The notes beneath the pieces are model-generated. The model searched no databases, was not told where the DNA came from, and worked only from the letters and a program-made list of their open reading frames with translations. The position numbers were made by a program, and so were the translations under genes. A stretch of DNA of 63,038 bases, the filler included, from Rhabdomonas costata (lineage: Eukaryota), in NCBI GenBank assembly GCA_019059605.1. It is 35 parts of 35 records of this genome, joined end to end, with 100 filler letters (N's around TTAATTAATTAA, not from the genome) between each part and the next. Parts side by side here need not be neighbours in the genome. Positions count along the whole stretch, not along the records: positions 50,514 to 52,216 come from JAHMHO010010374.1; positions 52,317 to 54,020 come from JAHMHO010010375.1; positions 54,121 to 55,823 come from JAHMHO010010376.1; positions 55,924 to 57,625 come from JAHMHO010010377.1; positions 57,726 to 59,428 come from JAHMHO010010378.1; positions 59,529 to 61,235 come from JAHMHO010010379.1; positions 61,336 to 63,038 come from JAHMHO010010380.1; 28 more parts are not named here. One strand, written 5' to 3'. Positions 50,629 through 63,038 of the stretch are shown here, piece after piece (positions within the stretch are counted from its first letter, which is position 1; every line of letters begins with the position of its first letter).

Positions 50629-53600
50629 TTAATCTCTTCGGAGAACCATTAACTTGTAAAAAGGAAGGTATTGGAAGGTGAATTCAAGGGAATGGAGTTA
50701 AACAAAACTGGGGAAGAAAGCCGATGTGGGACTGGGAAGGACGGGAAACCTGTTCCTCGGGAATGAGGACCCGAGGAGTGACCTGCAGCTCTTCGGCACG
50801 CTGCCTCACGGCTTCCGAGCCTCGCAGCGACATCCTGTGACCACACGTCCCAAAGCGAATTTGCAAGTCAAAGATGGATAAAAAGTGCTCGGAAGCACTG
50901 CGCTCGAGAGCATCAGAAGGACCACGCAAATCTTCTCAGTAGAACCTCAGAAGCACAACAGAGGGCCATTCCACAGGAGCGCATCGAAGCAAGACTGCGC
51001 GCGCGCGCGAGACATTTCCATTTGTGGTGGTGATGTTGAGGGCTGGAACTCGGTACCTTCGTATGGCAGTTTAGATTTGGCTCGAGCGGGAGAGTGACGC
51101 GGGACGGCGTCTGCGCCAGTACTAACCTGTGGTTCAACTCGTGCTGTTGGCGAGCACTGAGTTTAGGCGCAGCCCGAGAAGACGTAGAACCGTCGTTTCC
51201 TCCTGGCAGGGGATAAACAAACAACATAATAAGAACCGATATGACGATAAAGAAATCAAAACAAAGGCATTCGGTGGTTGTCACGGAGTGGTGAGGAAGG
51301 GTTTCTCGTGAAGTTCGTTTTTTTTGTATTTCTGCGGTTCGGATAATATGGGGTGAGAAATTTTTTTGTGAGAAATTCGAAACTCTAATTTCCCTCTCCG
51401 TTGCAAACAAAAAATAGAAAGCGGCGAGCATATTGGTGTCGACGTACCTGCCTTCACAGTGGCCGCGAGGAGGTCCGGAGAGGACAATGTGTTGGGCCTC
51501 CAGTGGCGGTGGGCAGCTGTGAGAACCGCCCACACATACAGCAGTGGAAGCAGTGGGGCACACCGCGTGAATGCGGAATGGAAAATATTTTTTAAAACCA
51601 GATGGTGCGGGATGATTGGCACCAAGGTCATTGAAAGCGCAATCAAGAGGCCAAGTCATCTCACGTACCCGTTGATTCCATTTGCGCTGAAGTCCCAACG
51701 AAACGACACACCTCAGCAAGGGGTAACGATTGGGGCGATTCTCCTTGGGACTGATTCCAAACATCGCTGAACAAACGGATTTCCAGAAAATCGACATATT
51801 ACAGGAATCAAAATAAAGAAATGAGGACGGACTTGCGAAGTAGTTCACAGTGTCAATGCCGCTGCAGTGGTGAAATTTTGATTAAGGTCAATCGCACACA
51901 AACGTTCTCAGCTTAAACTGACTCGTCGACCTACCGAATGAAACGGAAACCAGAAGATGTTACAATGGCGATGAGAAGGGGAACACATAACAACCCTTAC
52001 CAATCCAAAACACAGCTTTCTCTTTATCGAGGTCCGAATCCCAGGACGACAACCACAAATCCAACCAAGATGAGAATGCGCGAACCAGGAACCGCAGTCT
52101 GCCGTGGGGTATAAAGCGCTTGGGTCACAGTGGCAGTGGCGCGAGCACGCGAGCTGCAACATTCGATTACCGTCGAGAACGAAACGCAAACTCTGACTCA
52201 CTCACTCACCAAACAANNNNNNNNNNNNNNNNNNNNNNNNNNNNNNNNNNNNNNNNNNNNTTAATTAATTAANNNNNNNNNNNNNNNNNNNNNNNNNNNN
52301 NNNNNNNNNNNNNNNNGCGTGGCCCTGCCCCCACAACAACCGGTGGAAACGGCTTCGCTCAAAGAAGGTGTTTTCTTGCCGATGCGGCTCTCTCTCTTTT
52401 TTTTTGCCCTGGTTGGCTGTCCGATCGTCGGGTGACAAGGGGGGCGTGGAGATGTTGATGTTCGAGGCTGACTCGCTTGTGGCCGACGGTTCCTGTGCGT
52501 TTTTATGGTTGTGAGTGGTGCTCCTGCCTCCTAGGAAAATCGGGTGTGCTGCAATGTGAAATGTGAAATAACACACTGTGAGAGTGTCTGTATGGTGCCG
52601 CCAGCGAGGGGTTGAGGAGGTGGGGGTCAGTATGAGGCCACGGAAGGATGTCTGCGGCCACGGTGGCTTGTGTTAGGCCGGTGTGCGGTGAGTTTTGGGA
52701 CTGAAGGGAGGATAACCTCAATCCCTGTGTTTGCTATGAGCCGGGGAGCGGTGGTGGTGGGGGGGGCCGGCGACGCATAGCGCTGATACAGCCCTTGAGG
52801 AGTACTTTTGGAGCAGTTCATTTTTTGTCGTTTGTGTTAGCGTCCTTTGTTTGCGGTTTAACAGCAGGGGCGAGGTTCTGGGTAACCCGCTGGCCTCCTC
52901 CCATGAAGCTGATGTCACAGTCGTCCCCCAATCCCAAAGTCCATGCTTATTCTCAGTCAGCCGCATCCTTGGGTGGGGTGTGGAGCTAGCTTTTCGCGTT
53001 TAAGGTGCACAGTAGCATGGCCTTCGTGTGCTGGCTACCTTCGCGAGGGCGAGGAAGTGGAGTTTGCCGCAGTGGTTTCGCAGCCGCCATCAGTGCCCAT
53101 TGGTGTTTGCTCAAAATAGAATCCCATCGGCATTTGACGTGACCCTCTGCAAAACTCCTGGGCCTCATTCCAAGACCGATTCCATGATAGGCGGGATATC
53201 CTTGGGGAATTCCTCCTTTCCGACTTCCTCCTTTCCTCCCTTCCGCTCCTGAACCAATACTCGTCTCGCTGGTTTTGAGCGAGCAGCGTTTTAGGATCGC
53301 CGAATCACGTGAATGCCAACAAACTTCTTGGTTCTTGTTTCGTTTTCCGCCGGATGCGCCGCACATGCAGACGTGCAGTTGACAAGGGTTTTTCAGCACC
53401 GCACCCAAACTTTACGATTTCGTGTTCGCGCTTTTCTTCCCTGTGCGCTTAATGTCTCTTCTCGCTTCATTTCAGGGCATCAACCACCTCCTCTGCACCC
53501 AGTGCGGGGTGAAGTGGAAGGGCTCGGAGTACTTCCTACAGTTCATGGAGCTCGGCAGTGGTGGGTACCAATTCCCTAAGAGTTATCCGAATGGGATTGG

Positions 53601-56594
53601 GTTGTGATTGGAATCGCTGAGTCCATTATGGTTTTGGCTTCCTTTCCATTCTCTCTTTTTTTCCCATCTCCCATGTGCCGTTTCTCTACGTCATCGGAGG
53701 GGTTAAGGGCCATTCTTGGATCTCCAGCAGTGCCCAGTTGATTATTTTGCCACCCCCGCCCTTCCTTCTGTTTTTCTCTATGTGCGCAATGGCATCTCGT
53801 GTTAGCAGCGCGAATCCGGAAGACAACGATTGTACGTGGTGGTGCATCATCAATGGTAGGGCTGCCGCCGGTAGCGCTTCCACAGCCCTCGCTGTCGAGT
53901 GCACCTCGCTTGCTATGGTACCTCATGCCGTGAGGACAGCGGTGGGATGGCGCTGGAAGTGCCTTCACACCAATAAAATTGGTCCGGACAGCCCCCCTTT
54001 CCATCTCTTTCCCCCAAACCNNNNNNNNNNNNNNNNNNNNNNNNNNNNNNNNNNNNNNNNNNNNTTAATTAATTAANNNNNNNNNNNNNNNNNNNNNNNN
54101 NNNNNNNNNNNNNNNNNNNNCGAGGACCGTCGAGAGCCAGCCACCCGACAGTCGTGTGTGAGGTTTTGCCTGTGGTCGTGGATATGGTGAGAACTGCCCC
54201 AGGGCCAAGCGCAATCGATCACCTGGAATTCTGTGTATGTGTGTGCAGGCCGTAAGGGAGGACTTGAAAAGTGGCGCGGAGGTCTCCAAACGTCCGGTCG
54301 GGGTTCCGAAGGCACACCATCGGTCGTAGGGGACGCCAACCCTGATGCAGGGGAGCAGTGAGGCGTACAGCGGAGAGAGAGAAGGATCCGATGGGCCCAT
54401 GCCCCATCGAGGATGGGGAGCCCAGGGGGAAAGAGAAACGTGGTATGTTCCCTCCCAATAAGTCACTCTGGCCAAGTGGACAATGTGTGTGTGTGCAGAC
54501 TACTCCAAGAGCCTCTCCAAGGAGAAGATCATGGAAATGCTTAAGGTTCGTGCGGAGCGGAAGGAGACCACCCATGAGGAGTACATGAAGTGGCTGCAGA
54601 CCGCCCCATCGGACCGTCAGTAACAGCCCAGAGACAGGTTCCACCGCATTCCACAGAGGATCATGTCGTCGGTCGTGGGTTTTGGGGATGCAGTAGCTAT
54701 GCGAGTTACTATGCAATGGTTCTCGGTGAGGACAAGGGGAACAGAGGTCGCACGCTCAAGTCGCTAAGTGTGCCTCCGATGTAGAAGGACAATTCGCATT
54801 GCAGTTTCAACTTACGGGTTCCTCTTCCTCCGACTTTTCCTCCGAATATTATCATTTGGGTGGCTTGAAGAGTGCTTCAGAAATCTGGGTTTGAGTGTGT
54901 GGTGTGCACTATCCTTCCCTCACTTCCAAAGAACGCTGTTGTTACTGCCGTGACCCAAACTTTTTCTTTTAAAATGTCAACTAATTCCAATCGGCCAGGC
55001 AACCCAGCTGACATGGGAAGCAAAGAAAAGCAGAATGCATCTACAGTTTAGGTTGGGCAATTTTATTGCTATGCGTGAATATGCGTGGCCTTATGACTGT
55101 AAGACTTATGCTGATATATGAATGCTCTACCCAATTTTCTTTTTGGGTGTTTTCAGAAAGGTCCAGAATATGCTCCAATGTTGTGCTGCTGTCATCATGA
55201 CCGTGTCCAATCATGGTCTTGAATTAATTTGTAATGTTTTTTTTTGCAGTGTTCCTCCAGAGGCCACGTGGAGAGCTGGGACTATGCCCTCTCCGATCTC
55301 TTCTCTCCAATTCTCAGCCTCTCACCCACTCCCACACACACCCTCCATCTGTCAACACCGACATCTCTGATCACCCTTTGCCAACCCCTTTGGGCAGCGC
55401 CCTCCCTGCGGGCGGGCCTGTCCTATGAAGGTGTTTCTGCTCCTCTCTTTCACGTCCTCTACACTCTTGAAATCCACTCAGGCTGGTTCACGGGACAGGC
55501 AAACCAACAATACCCAGTCGGACACAAATGTGTCAAGGAGCTGGAGAAATGTTGAGCGGGAGAGGTTTGCTGGACAGTTTCGAGATTTGCATTTTCGAAC
55601 CAAGACGCGTGCTAACCTAATCATCCACATGAACGAGGATAAGGGGGCCGCCCAAAGGCAGAAAAAAGCACCAGTGGAAGAAGTGTGGTGCTCCCCCCCA
55701 AATCGGATAATAGGGGCTGCTCTGCATACGGTATGAACCGCAATCTTCCCTCCCCTTGGTATAAAATGGGAATGATGCTTTTCCTTCTTAGTTCCCGTCA
55801 CCCTCCTGAGTCACCACACCCCCNNNNNNNNNNNNNNNNNNNNNNNNNNNNNNNNNNNNNNNNNNNNTTAATTAATTAANNNNNNNNNNNNNNNNNNNNN
55901 NNNNNNNNNNNNNNNNNNNNNNNTTGGTGTTGGAAGATTCTGAAGGGATGCTGCTGGACTTACAACTCCTTTAGTTGGCTGCGACTTCTTTGCAACGCCA
56001 AGGGCTGGGGCGCGGGCTGGAGTTGTTGCCCTTGCATATGCACTTTCCTTGCTTTCTTATATCTCTTCTTCGAGTTTGTTTGCGCTCCTGCTGACGCCAT
56101 TGCTGCGTGCCATTGAGAAAACTGTAGAGCACCACGGAGCGCACTCGGCCGCGGCGGAACATATGGACGTGGTGGGACGTGAACGCAACTTGTGTGGCTG
56201 CAGTTTGCTCAGGCTTCCGCGGGGGAATTTTTGTGGGCTGCTGATTGAGACTCCCAGCAGTACACATTTGTGAGCTCTGCGCTGGAGGGGGAACCATTTG
56301 CACGGCTTTGTGATGTGCCTTACCAGAGAAGTCCCCGGTTGCCAACGACTGCGAGCTCTGATGGCGCGAAAGGAATACAACCGAACGAGTCACCAGTGTC
56401 TTTACAAACAGTGTGGCACACATACGATACTAAATGGCCACGTGGATTCTGCTTTGCTGAACTGAAACTGTTATCAACCTACAAAACATTTTATATATAG
56501 TTTGATTATTACCTTAAGTACATCTAGATTAATTTAAAATAAACCGTAGGCCTATGGTGCCTCCGCATTAAAGTTTCATTTTTGTCCAAGAACA

Positions 56595-56980
56595 GCGCCT
56601 TACTATATTACTTCCGATACTCTATTATAACAGTGATAACATGCGTCACAGAACAATAATTAGTTCTCAGCAGCACAGCATTATTTGCAGCCGAACATTT
56701 GCAAACACCTGATACAAAATGTACAATTGGTAATTTGAAAATAAGCGCTTGTAGAATCACCAGTGATAGTTGAAAGCATTGTATCAGGATGCCTCAAGTT
56801 TATCAGTGTCAGACCAAAAATACCGTATGTTGACTGGAAAGTTGATCTACATGAGAAACGATCCAAATGCCACGTGCAGATTTACAAGAACATCGTTGAT
56901 CAGAAACATTTCCGAAATAAATTTATGAATTATAAATTGAATGCTCACAATTTAAGTGTAAGAAGATGAGAATAGACTTC
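56595..56980 (+). mobile_element. Possible decayed LINE 3' region
   Basis: AT-rich. ILLPILYYNSD resembles the RT thumb P.L.Y..E pattern, and KFMNYKLNAHNLSV resembles the LINE C-terminal R...H.L.V motif. Confidence 0.4.
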
Positions 56981-58002
56981 TGGTCTGGTTCCAAATAAAC
57001 AGCAAAATCCTCGAAAACACAAATAAAAGAACCCAGAACAATAGGAGCGTATCACTCGCAAGAAATCAAACCCACAGGCAATCCGCATTCACCGCAGAAA
57101 CGCAACACACGAGAATATGACAACACTATTCCGTACTTACATTAACATGGCATCAAACACATTACCACCTGTGTTATTGCAACTATGCCTAATTCAGACC
57201 CAAATCAGGAAACCACAGATACTAACACATCAACACTAACCATCTATTGCGGCCTGGATTTTATGTTTTCTGCCATCCAATTCAGTTCCAAACACTGTAA
57301 CTACGCCCACGTAAAAGGCGTTCAGGTCACATGAGCCGTCAACAACGCCTTTCAGCTCCTGAAAAAAAGACCTTTGCTCTGCAGAGACCGATGTGCGCAA
57401 GGTTGTCTCCAGCCTGTGCTCCGATTTTCCACACACAGAAGTCCTAGTCCAAGAAATGGTGGACAACCTTCCTTACCGTAAAACGTCCAAGAACTGCCTC
57501 TCGTTGGATGATGCGCGTGTTATCTGAGAGTACCTTTCAGCACCATGAATTACGGACAGAAGTTCATATGATTACTGAGTGCAATCAGTTTTCGGGTGGA
57601 GCTAGCCTTAGCACCGATTGAACAANNNNNNNNNNNNNNNNNNNNNNNNNNNNNNNNNNNNNNNNNNNNTTAATTAATTAANNNNNNNNNNNNNNNNNNN
57701 NNNNNNNNNNNNNNNNNNNNNNNNNGTGTTGTGGGAAGCAACTGCTGTGGGACGCGTAGTGGCCGGGTCCGCCCCCCCCCATGCTCCCACGCGTTTTGAC
57801 CTGCATCTGAAGTTTCGAGTGTTTCTATGGTGCAAGTGCGCTTCTGGAAGAAAAGCCTCCAGGGGGAAAACTTGCCTCTCGCTCATTAATATTGGTGATG
57901 AAGCGTTCGTGAGCTGTACAACGCTTCGTTGCTGTGGAGCAGGCCGTTCAATTGGACGCGTACTGGCTCCCAAGCAGGAAGACGTTTCGGTTTTTTTTCC
58001 AG

Positions 58003-58153
58003 GTTTGGGATGGCCGTTACGCTGCTGCTGGATGCTGCGATGGTGGTTTACGTGCGGAAGACGCTCAGTGCCGAGACCCGCCAGCTGCAGCTGGCGCACT
58101 CTAAGCAGCTAGCTGACAATATGCTTGCCTCGGAGATTGCTAAGCGAATCGCG
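58003..58153 (+). CDS. Exon of a probable membrane-bound class III adenylate/guanylate cyclase
   Basis: A hydrophobic helix, then SKQLADNMLASEIAKRI, matching the pre-catalytic LL.N.LP..IA..L motif. Boundaries are TTCCAG| and |GTGCAT. Confidence 0.6.
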
Positions 58154-59622
58154 GTGCATCTGTTCATATCTGTTCATGTGTGGAATTGCTAGGAAAGATG
58201 GAGGCAGGAATGACCTCAACTCATGTGACCAAATCCAGACCGCGAGACCCGGAAAATCGCGTTGTGAATAAAGCAGATATGCAGGGGAACGGGAAAATAG
58301 TTGAGATGCCCCTCCGCACCGCAGTAAAAAATGGTTATCCGCAAGGAAGGAAGGAAAGCAATGCACACCTCTCCCACGGTACCGCAGCATAGTCGCACGT
58401 GCACACGCTGTCTCACTTCCTTTCACAAGGGTTCTCATCCGGAAACTGTGAAACTGACTCATTCCCTGTGGGCTGCATGACTGAGCGTTTCCCATCCACG
58501 CCGCCTTCCTTTATTGAATATGCGCACCCATTTATTTTGCTGCCTACAGGTGATGCACTTGGATGACATTGACAAACTGTTCGTCAACGAGTCGAGCCCC
58601 TTGGTGGGGGTTCTTCAGGTTGGGAAGGGAAGAAAAATAAAATGAAATAATGGAAAGAAGAAACCACAGAAGAGTAGGTGTGGGGGAAGGGGGTTTAAGA
58701 AACAACACCATGAAACCCTGGGAGAAACGGGGGCTTTTTCTGAATAAGGGCAGATGTGAAAAACGAGTAGTCGAGCAGATATCTTTCATCCTGATGCCCG
58801 TTCCATACCAGCTGCCTAGACGTCCTATACGGGCCCAAAGTCAAACCTTTTGGGACTGCAAATACTCGTAGTGTAACACCTCTTGAAGCAAAGCAGAAGC
58901 AAGCAAACGTGTCCATCACTTTCACAGTATACTGCCTTCATGGCCGGAAGTTGTGGGGGACCCCCCCACATGTGGGGTCGCTGTTTGTCATAATCCCATT
59001 GGTGGAATCGAGGGCTCGATGGGGTATACCGGGGGTACCCCCCCCCGGCCTATAGGCCCTATACCCCCTAGGGCATAGTATACCAAAGGTACCTATATCC
59101 GGAACCCCTCCAGGCCGGATGGACCAGATTCGTATGGGACCCCCCCCCCAGCAAGAGGGGCGGGGTGTAGCATGATTCGGGTGTGGGGCTGTGCACACGC
59201 ACCTGTCATTCCTCCCTACATCTCCCAGTACCTTGGAGCGCAATTGACGGGCACTAGTGTCCACATGGCAGAAGTGTTTTTTAACATTACAAGATTGTAA
59301 TCACCCGTAAATGATTACAATCTTAGTGGGGTCCCTGGATTCGAATCCCACCCGAGACATTCCCAAGTCGAGGCGATACGGGGAGTGCCGGAGTTGAACC
59401 CGCGACTGTTGGCACGGATGTCACAACCNNNNNNNNNNNNNNNNNNNNNNNNNNNNNNNNNNNNNNNNNNNNTTAATTAATTAANNNNNNNNNNNNNNNN
59501 NNNNNNNNNNNNNNNNNNNNNNNNNNNNGGTTGGTGTTCAGCAGCGTCGTAGTATGCCGCAAGTTAGCGGACTGTGCCTGCCCCCTTTTCTGTGCATCAC
59601 CGCAAACACACCATTCCCCCTT

Positions 59623-59662
<40 letters not shown>

Positions 59663-62600
59663 TCATTGCTTGCCACACCAATATTTTTAATGGGTGCGGG
59701 GCAGAAAGAGCTCGTCGATATATGCATTGGGACAGCTCTTCCTCCTCCTCTCCCCTCCTTCTCGATAGCGACCTTTGTGGTGCCCCACTTTCGTACCCTA
59801 CATTTGGGGAGAGTGAAAACGAGGACTTTTTCGTTTTCCGTCATTCAGAACTCCGTGACGTGTCTTCCCAAAAGCTCCGAAGTGGGCTATTGTGGGGAGA
59901 GGGTTTCTCGACTTTGGGGCCAGGATCAGGTTGTGTAAGGTTCAGTTGAGGGCCTGGGTCTGCCCCCCCACCCTTTGCGTAAGCGCCACGCTGCTTGGAA
60001 TCGTTGGTTGCCAAGACGCTAAATATACCTTCGGATCCCTGGGCTCCTCCCCTGCACCAAAAAAAATTACTTGCTGGCTGTTCTGGGCTTGGTTTGTACC
60101 ACCCCTCCTTGGTGACCGTCCTTTTTCAGCATTCTAGCTTGGACGCCCTCCATTAAAATTTGACATTATCAGATGAGCGCTTCAATGAGCAACCTTCCCT
60201 CCTTGAAATTTTTGCCTTGAAAATGCCTCACCTACCCTGTCTTGGCACCAATAACCTTGGGCCGCTGGACCATCAGAAACTAGCCACCTGTGAGGGTGTG
60301 TCATTTTCAAGGCATAACTCCAACCCCACAACCCCCCATTTTTAAAAGAACGTGAGCAAGACCAGGAAAAGTCTACCAAACTCCCGCCCTGGGGTAACCC
60401 CGAACCGAGGGCTCTGCCCACGGTCGTCTCATTCCCCAATTTTTGAGCAGTCTCTTGCGAATCGTTCATCACTTCTGGGGCAAAGTCACCCCTGGATAGA
60501 GGGGGGGGGGTCACCAAGACAGGGTCGAAGATTATCGAGAATCCAAAAGACGATAGCGACGGGAAAAGGGCAGGCTAGGAGTTTAGATACGGTTAGATGC
60601 CTCTGGTTTCCGCAAGATGCCGCTGGATGCCGAAATGTTCACGGTGTGCAGAAAATGAAGATAGTAAATGCTATCGTCTTTTTCCTCGGTAGCAAATCGT
60701 ACCCACCCAAAGTTCCGATCCTGTGGAACGTCTCAACTGGCCTCACCCTTAAATTCCTGTCCCATTTGTCTGCTAAAGCCACAAATCTAAAAGCCAAAAG
60801 CCAAAATGTATAGCATGTTTAGCAACGCTCCCCTCCCCTCCCAGTACAAGAGGCCCGCCACTGGGGGGTAAAGGTTCGCATTGGAGAGGTTTGTGGTCTC
60901 ATCAACTAAGTGACTCGCCGATGTGAGATCATTTTCGCTCAGCGCAGTGCTTTGCTATATACATATCGCGACTATGACCTCTGCTGGACGCGCAATCCGA
61001 TACCTTCGCAGGGGTTGGTGCACTTCTCACTTATGCGAGTCCCATCTCTGTCTCTTCCTGCCCATTTTCTTTTTCGATGAGTATGAATCAGTTTGTTTGT
61101 GTGCAAACGTAGTTGGGAGGGGGCCGTACTTACAGTTATGAACCAGTCTAACATTTTTTTTAGCAATGCTAATCATTCCTCCCGCAAACCACGCACAAGC
61201 ATCAGCGCTGCTAACCATTATGACACCCCAAAACANNNNNNNNNNNNNNNNNNNNNNNNNNNNNNNNNNNNNNNNNNNNTTAATTAATTAANNNNNNNNN
61301 NNNNNNNNNNNNNNNNNNNNNNNNNNNNNNNNNNNGGGTTGGTTTGAGTGTGCACGACATCGAATTGCGAAGAACCGGTCGGCGTGCAGAGGGGGCCTTT
61401 TAAGGGATCTTGTCTGTGGTTTCTTCTACAAAAGCTAGCGGTAGTTTCTGCATGCTTTCATTCCCTGGATGGACACACGGCGTGTGGGGGCATCATCAAG
61501 GATCTTCAGGGAGGCTTTCCCCGGTCAACCCGCATTCCAAAACGCCTGCTCAGGTGCAGCCCAGAATGCTGAACCTAAGCATTTGGCTGGAACTGCTGAA
61601 CATTCAGAGCCCAGGAAAACATCGGCACACCGTTGTTTGCACCGCAAGGGTCAATTCTATCCATGTTTTTTTATGAACCCTGCTGCCTTCTAGGGTTATG
61701 TATTTGCATACGTTTGCTCGCATGTACAGCTGCCAGGTTGGCTTCCACGAGCTTGCCTGTGGAAGGACTTTACACCGCTGCACCACCTGTAAGGTGGCCT
61801 GCTGCACGGTATGCCTCCCATATTTTACTACCTCGGCAGTCCCATGGCCATTGCCATTGCCCGAACCAAGGTCATTACCATGTGAGCCGGATTTTCCACT
61901 TCCACCCGTCGCACGAGACTCGCTGGAAGAGTTTCGGCAGCCTTTATCTTGCGACTGTGGGATACCCGAGGCCGAGAACCTCACAGTGTTGGAGATGAAC
62001 CTCTCGGCGACTTCGGAGCACCTTACTCCATCGAGGCCGGTATGCTGCGCCAGCGTCATTGGATCTCGCGCTCGCGTTACGGCAAGAATGGAGCGGAAAA
62101 CGGCATCACTTTCACCAAAGCACATATCCCGCAGGACTACTCGGTTGCCAAAGTCCTCAGTCCTCCCTCCCCAATGCCGACCCCCATTTTCACCCATTTC
62201 CGCATCAGCGGGTTTCAAGTCAATGCTCTTCATCAGTCTGAGCCTTGAGCCTGCATTCCCTTCTGAGTGTGCATTACACCGTTTGCTTTTTCTTATGATT
62301 TTCTCAACTCCTTCCCTGCAAACCTCCCAAAAGGTCTCCGCGGCGGATCCTCCGTGTGATATTCTCGATCTTCGGCTGAGATCGGAGGACAAGGTCACTT
62401 TTCCGAGTCCACTTTCCTTCTCCCAAAAAATTGGGTCGGTTTGTGTCGTGTCGTGCTGGGTTTGCTTCTTTATACACATTTGCGTACGACTGCGGATTTC
62501 ACCGGTTTCCGGCTGCTCGGGCAAGTGGAAAGCCACTTCCAGGACTACTTCAGCAACAAAGAACAGAACCAGGAACGTCAGACGCATTATTTTCCACAGA

Positions 62601-63038
62601 GTCGACCCACAGGGCAGCGAGCAGAGGGCGCGCCTGCAAGTAAGGGGGCTGTTTTATTTGGGGGGAGGGCATTGGGCGTTAACCGCTTGTCACCGTTAAA
62701 TGTTAAACACCGTTAAACACTCGAAAGTTTTTCAACTTAAAAAATCGACATCTTGGGGGCAGTAGAACAGTAAGCCTAACCACCCCCTAACATCATCTAG
62801 TGAGTACAGGCACAGGTAACGTAAGCCCCGTGCTGAGAAAATGACTCCTTTGAGGAACACGATTTTTTTTTACCGTTTAACGCTGTTAAACGTATAACAC
62901 TGTTAAACAGCAAAAGTCAGATTTTGCAAGACCCTCCCCCCCATGACACGTCCCCGCCTCATCCGTCCGCTCCGGCCGCGCGGCCGGCTGGCTCCTGCCC
63001 ATAAACTAATGTTGTCCCCAATCCCGACCCACAAAACC

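Noticed and set aside
50913-51848. 311-aa minus-strand ORF
   Set aside because: Composition is intron-like with T runs and no motif.
59326-59428. Intact tRNA gene
   Set aside because: Only T-arm-like motifs are present; I could not build acceptor, D and anticodon stems.
61604-62699. Overlapping 327-aa and 333-aa ORFs
   Set aside because: No recognisable domain and no GC3 bias throughout; probably chance ORFs, perhaps containing small exons.
1-63038. Gene neighbourhood or operon-like system across the window
   Set aside because: Contigs are unrelated and appear ordered by length, so adjacency carries no biological meaning.

Overview
This window is not one locus. It is 35 unrelated eukaryotic genomic contigs of about 1.70 kb each, joined by 34 artificial 100-nt linkers (N44-TTAATTAATTAA-N44). 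Most contigs start with about 10 nt of G/T only and end with about 10 nt of C/A only, consistent with degenerate K-primer whole-genome amplification. The DNA is intron-rich, with short GC3-rich exons and weak GTnYG-type donors. Some first exons are preceded by a pyrimidine tract plus AG. Together this suggests a euglenozoan, probably euglenid-like, flagellate (inference). Gene fragments I spliced by hand include 3-hydroxyacyl-CoA dehydrogenase, a BI-1/TMBIM protein, a papain-family protease, a kelch protein, two ABCG-like transporters, a PH domain, USE1, a FYVE-like finger, an RI-type LRR protein, a PstS-like receptor, an SLC25A42-like carrier, CFAP47, a PARP-like ART domain, a C2H2 protein, a KH protein and a class III cyclase. 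Decayed LTR and non-LTR retroelements are also present. The best leads are a likely non-AG or hairpin-type intron in the LRR gene, a probable GA-AG intron, a Cys-to-Ser catalytic substitution in the papain homologue, a possibly double-length mitochondrial carrier, an in-exon frameshift in the KH gene and a 44-bp-arm palindrome. I found no prokaryote-type system such as CRISPR or an operon.
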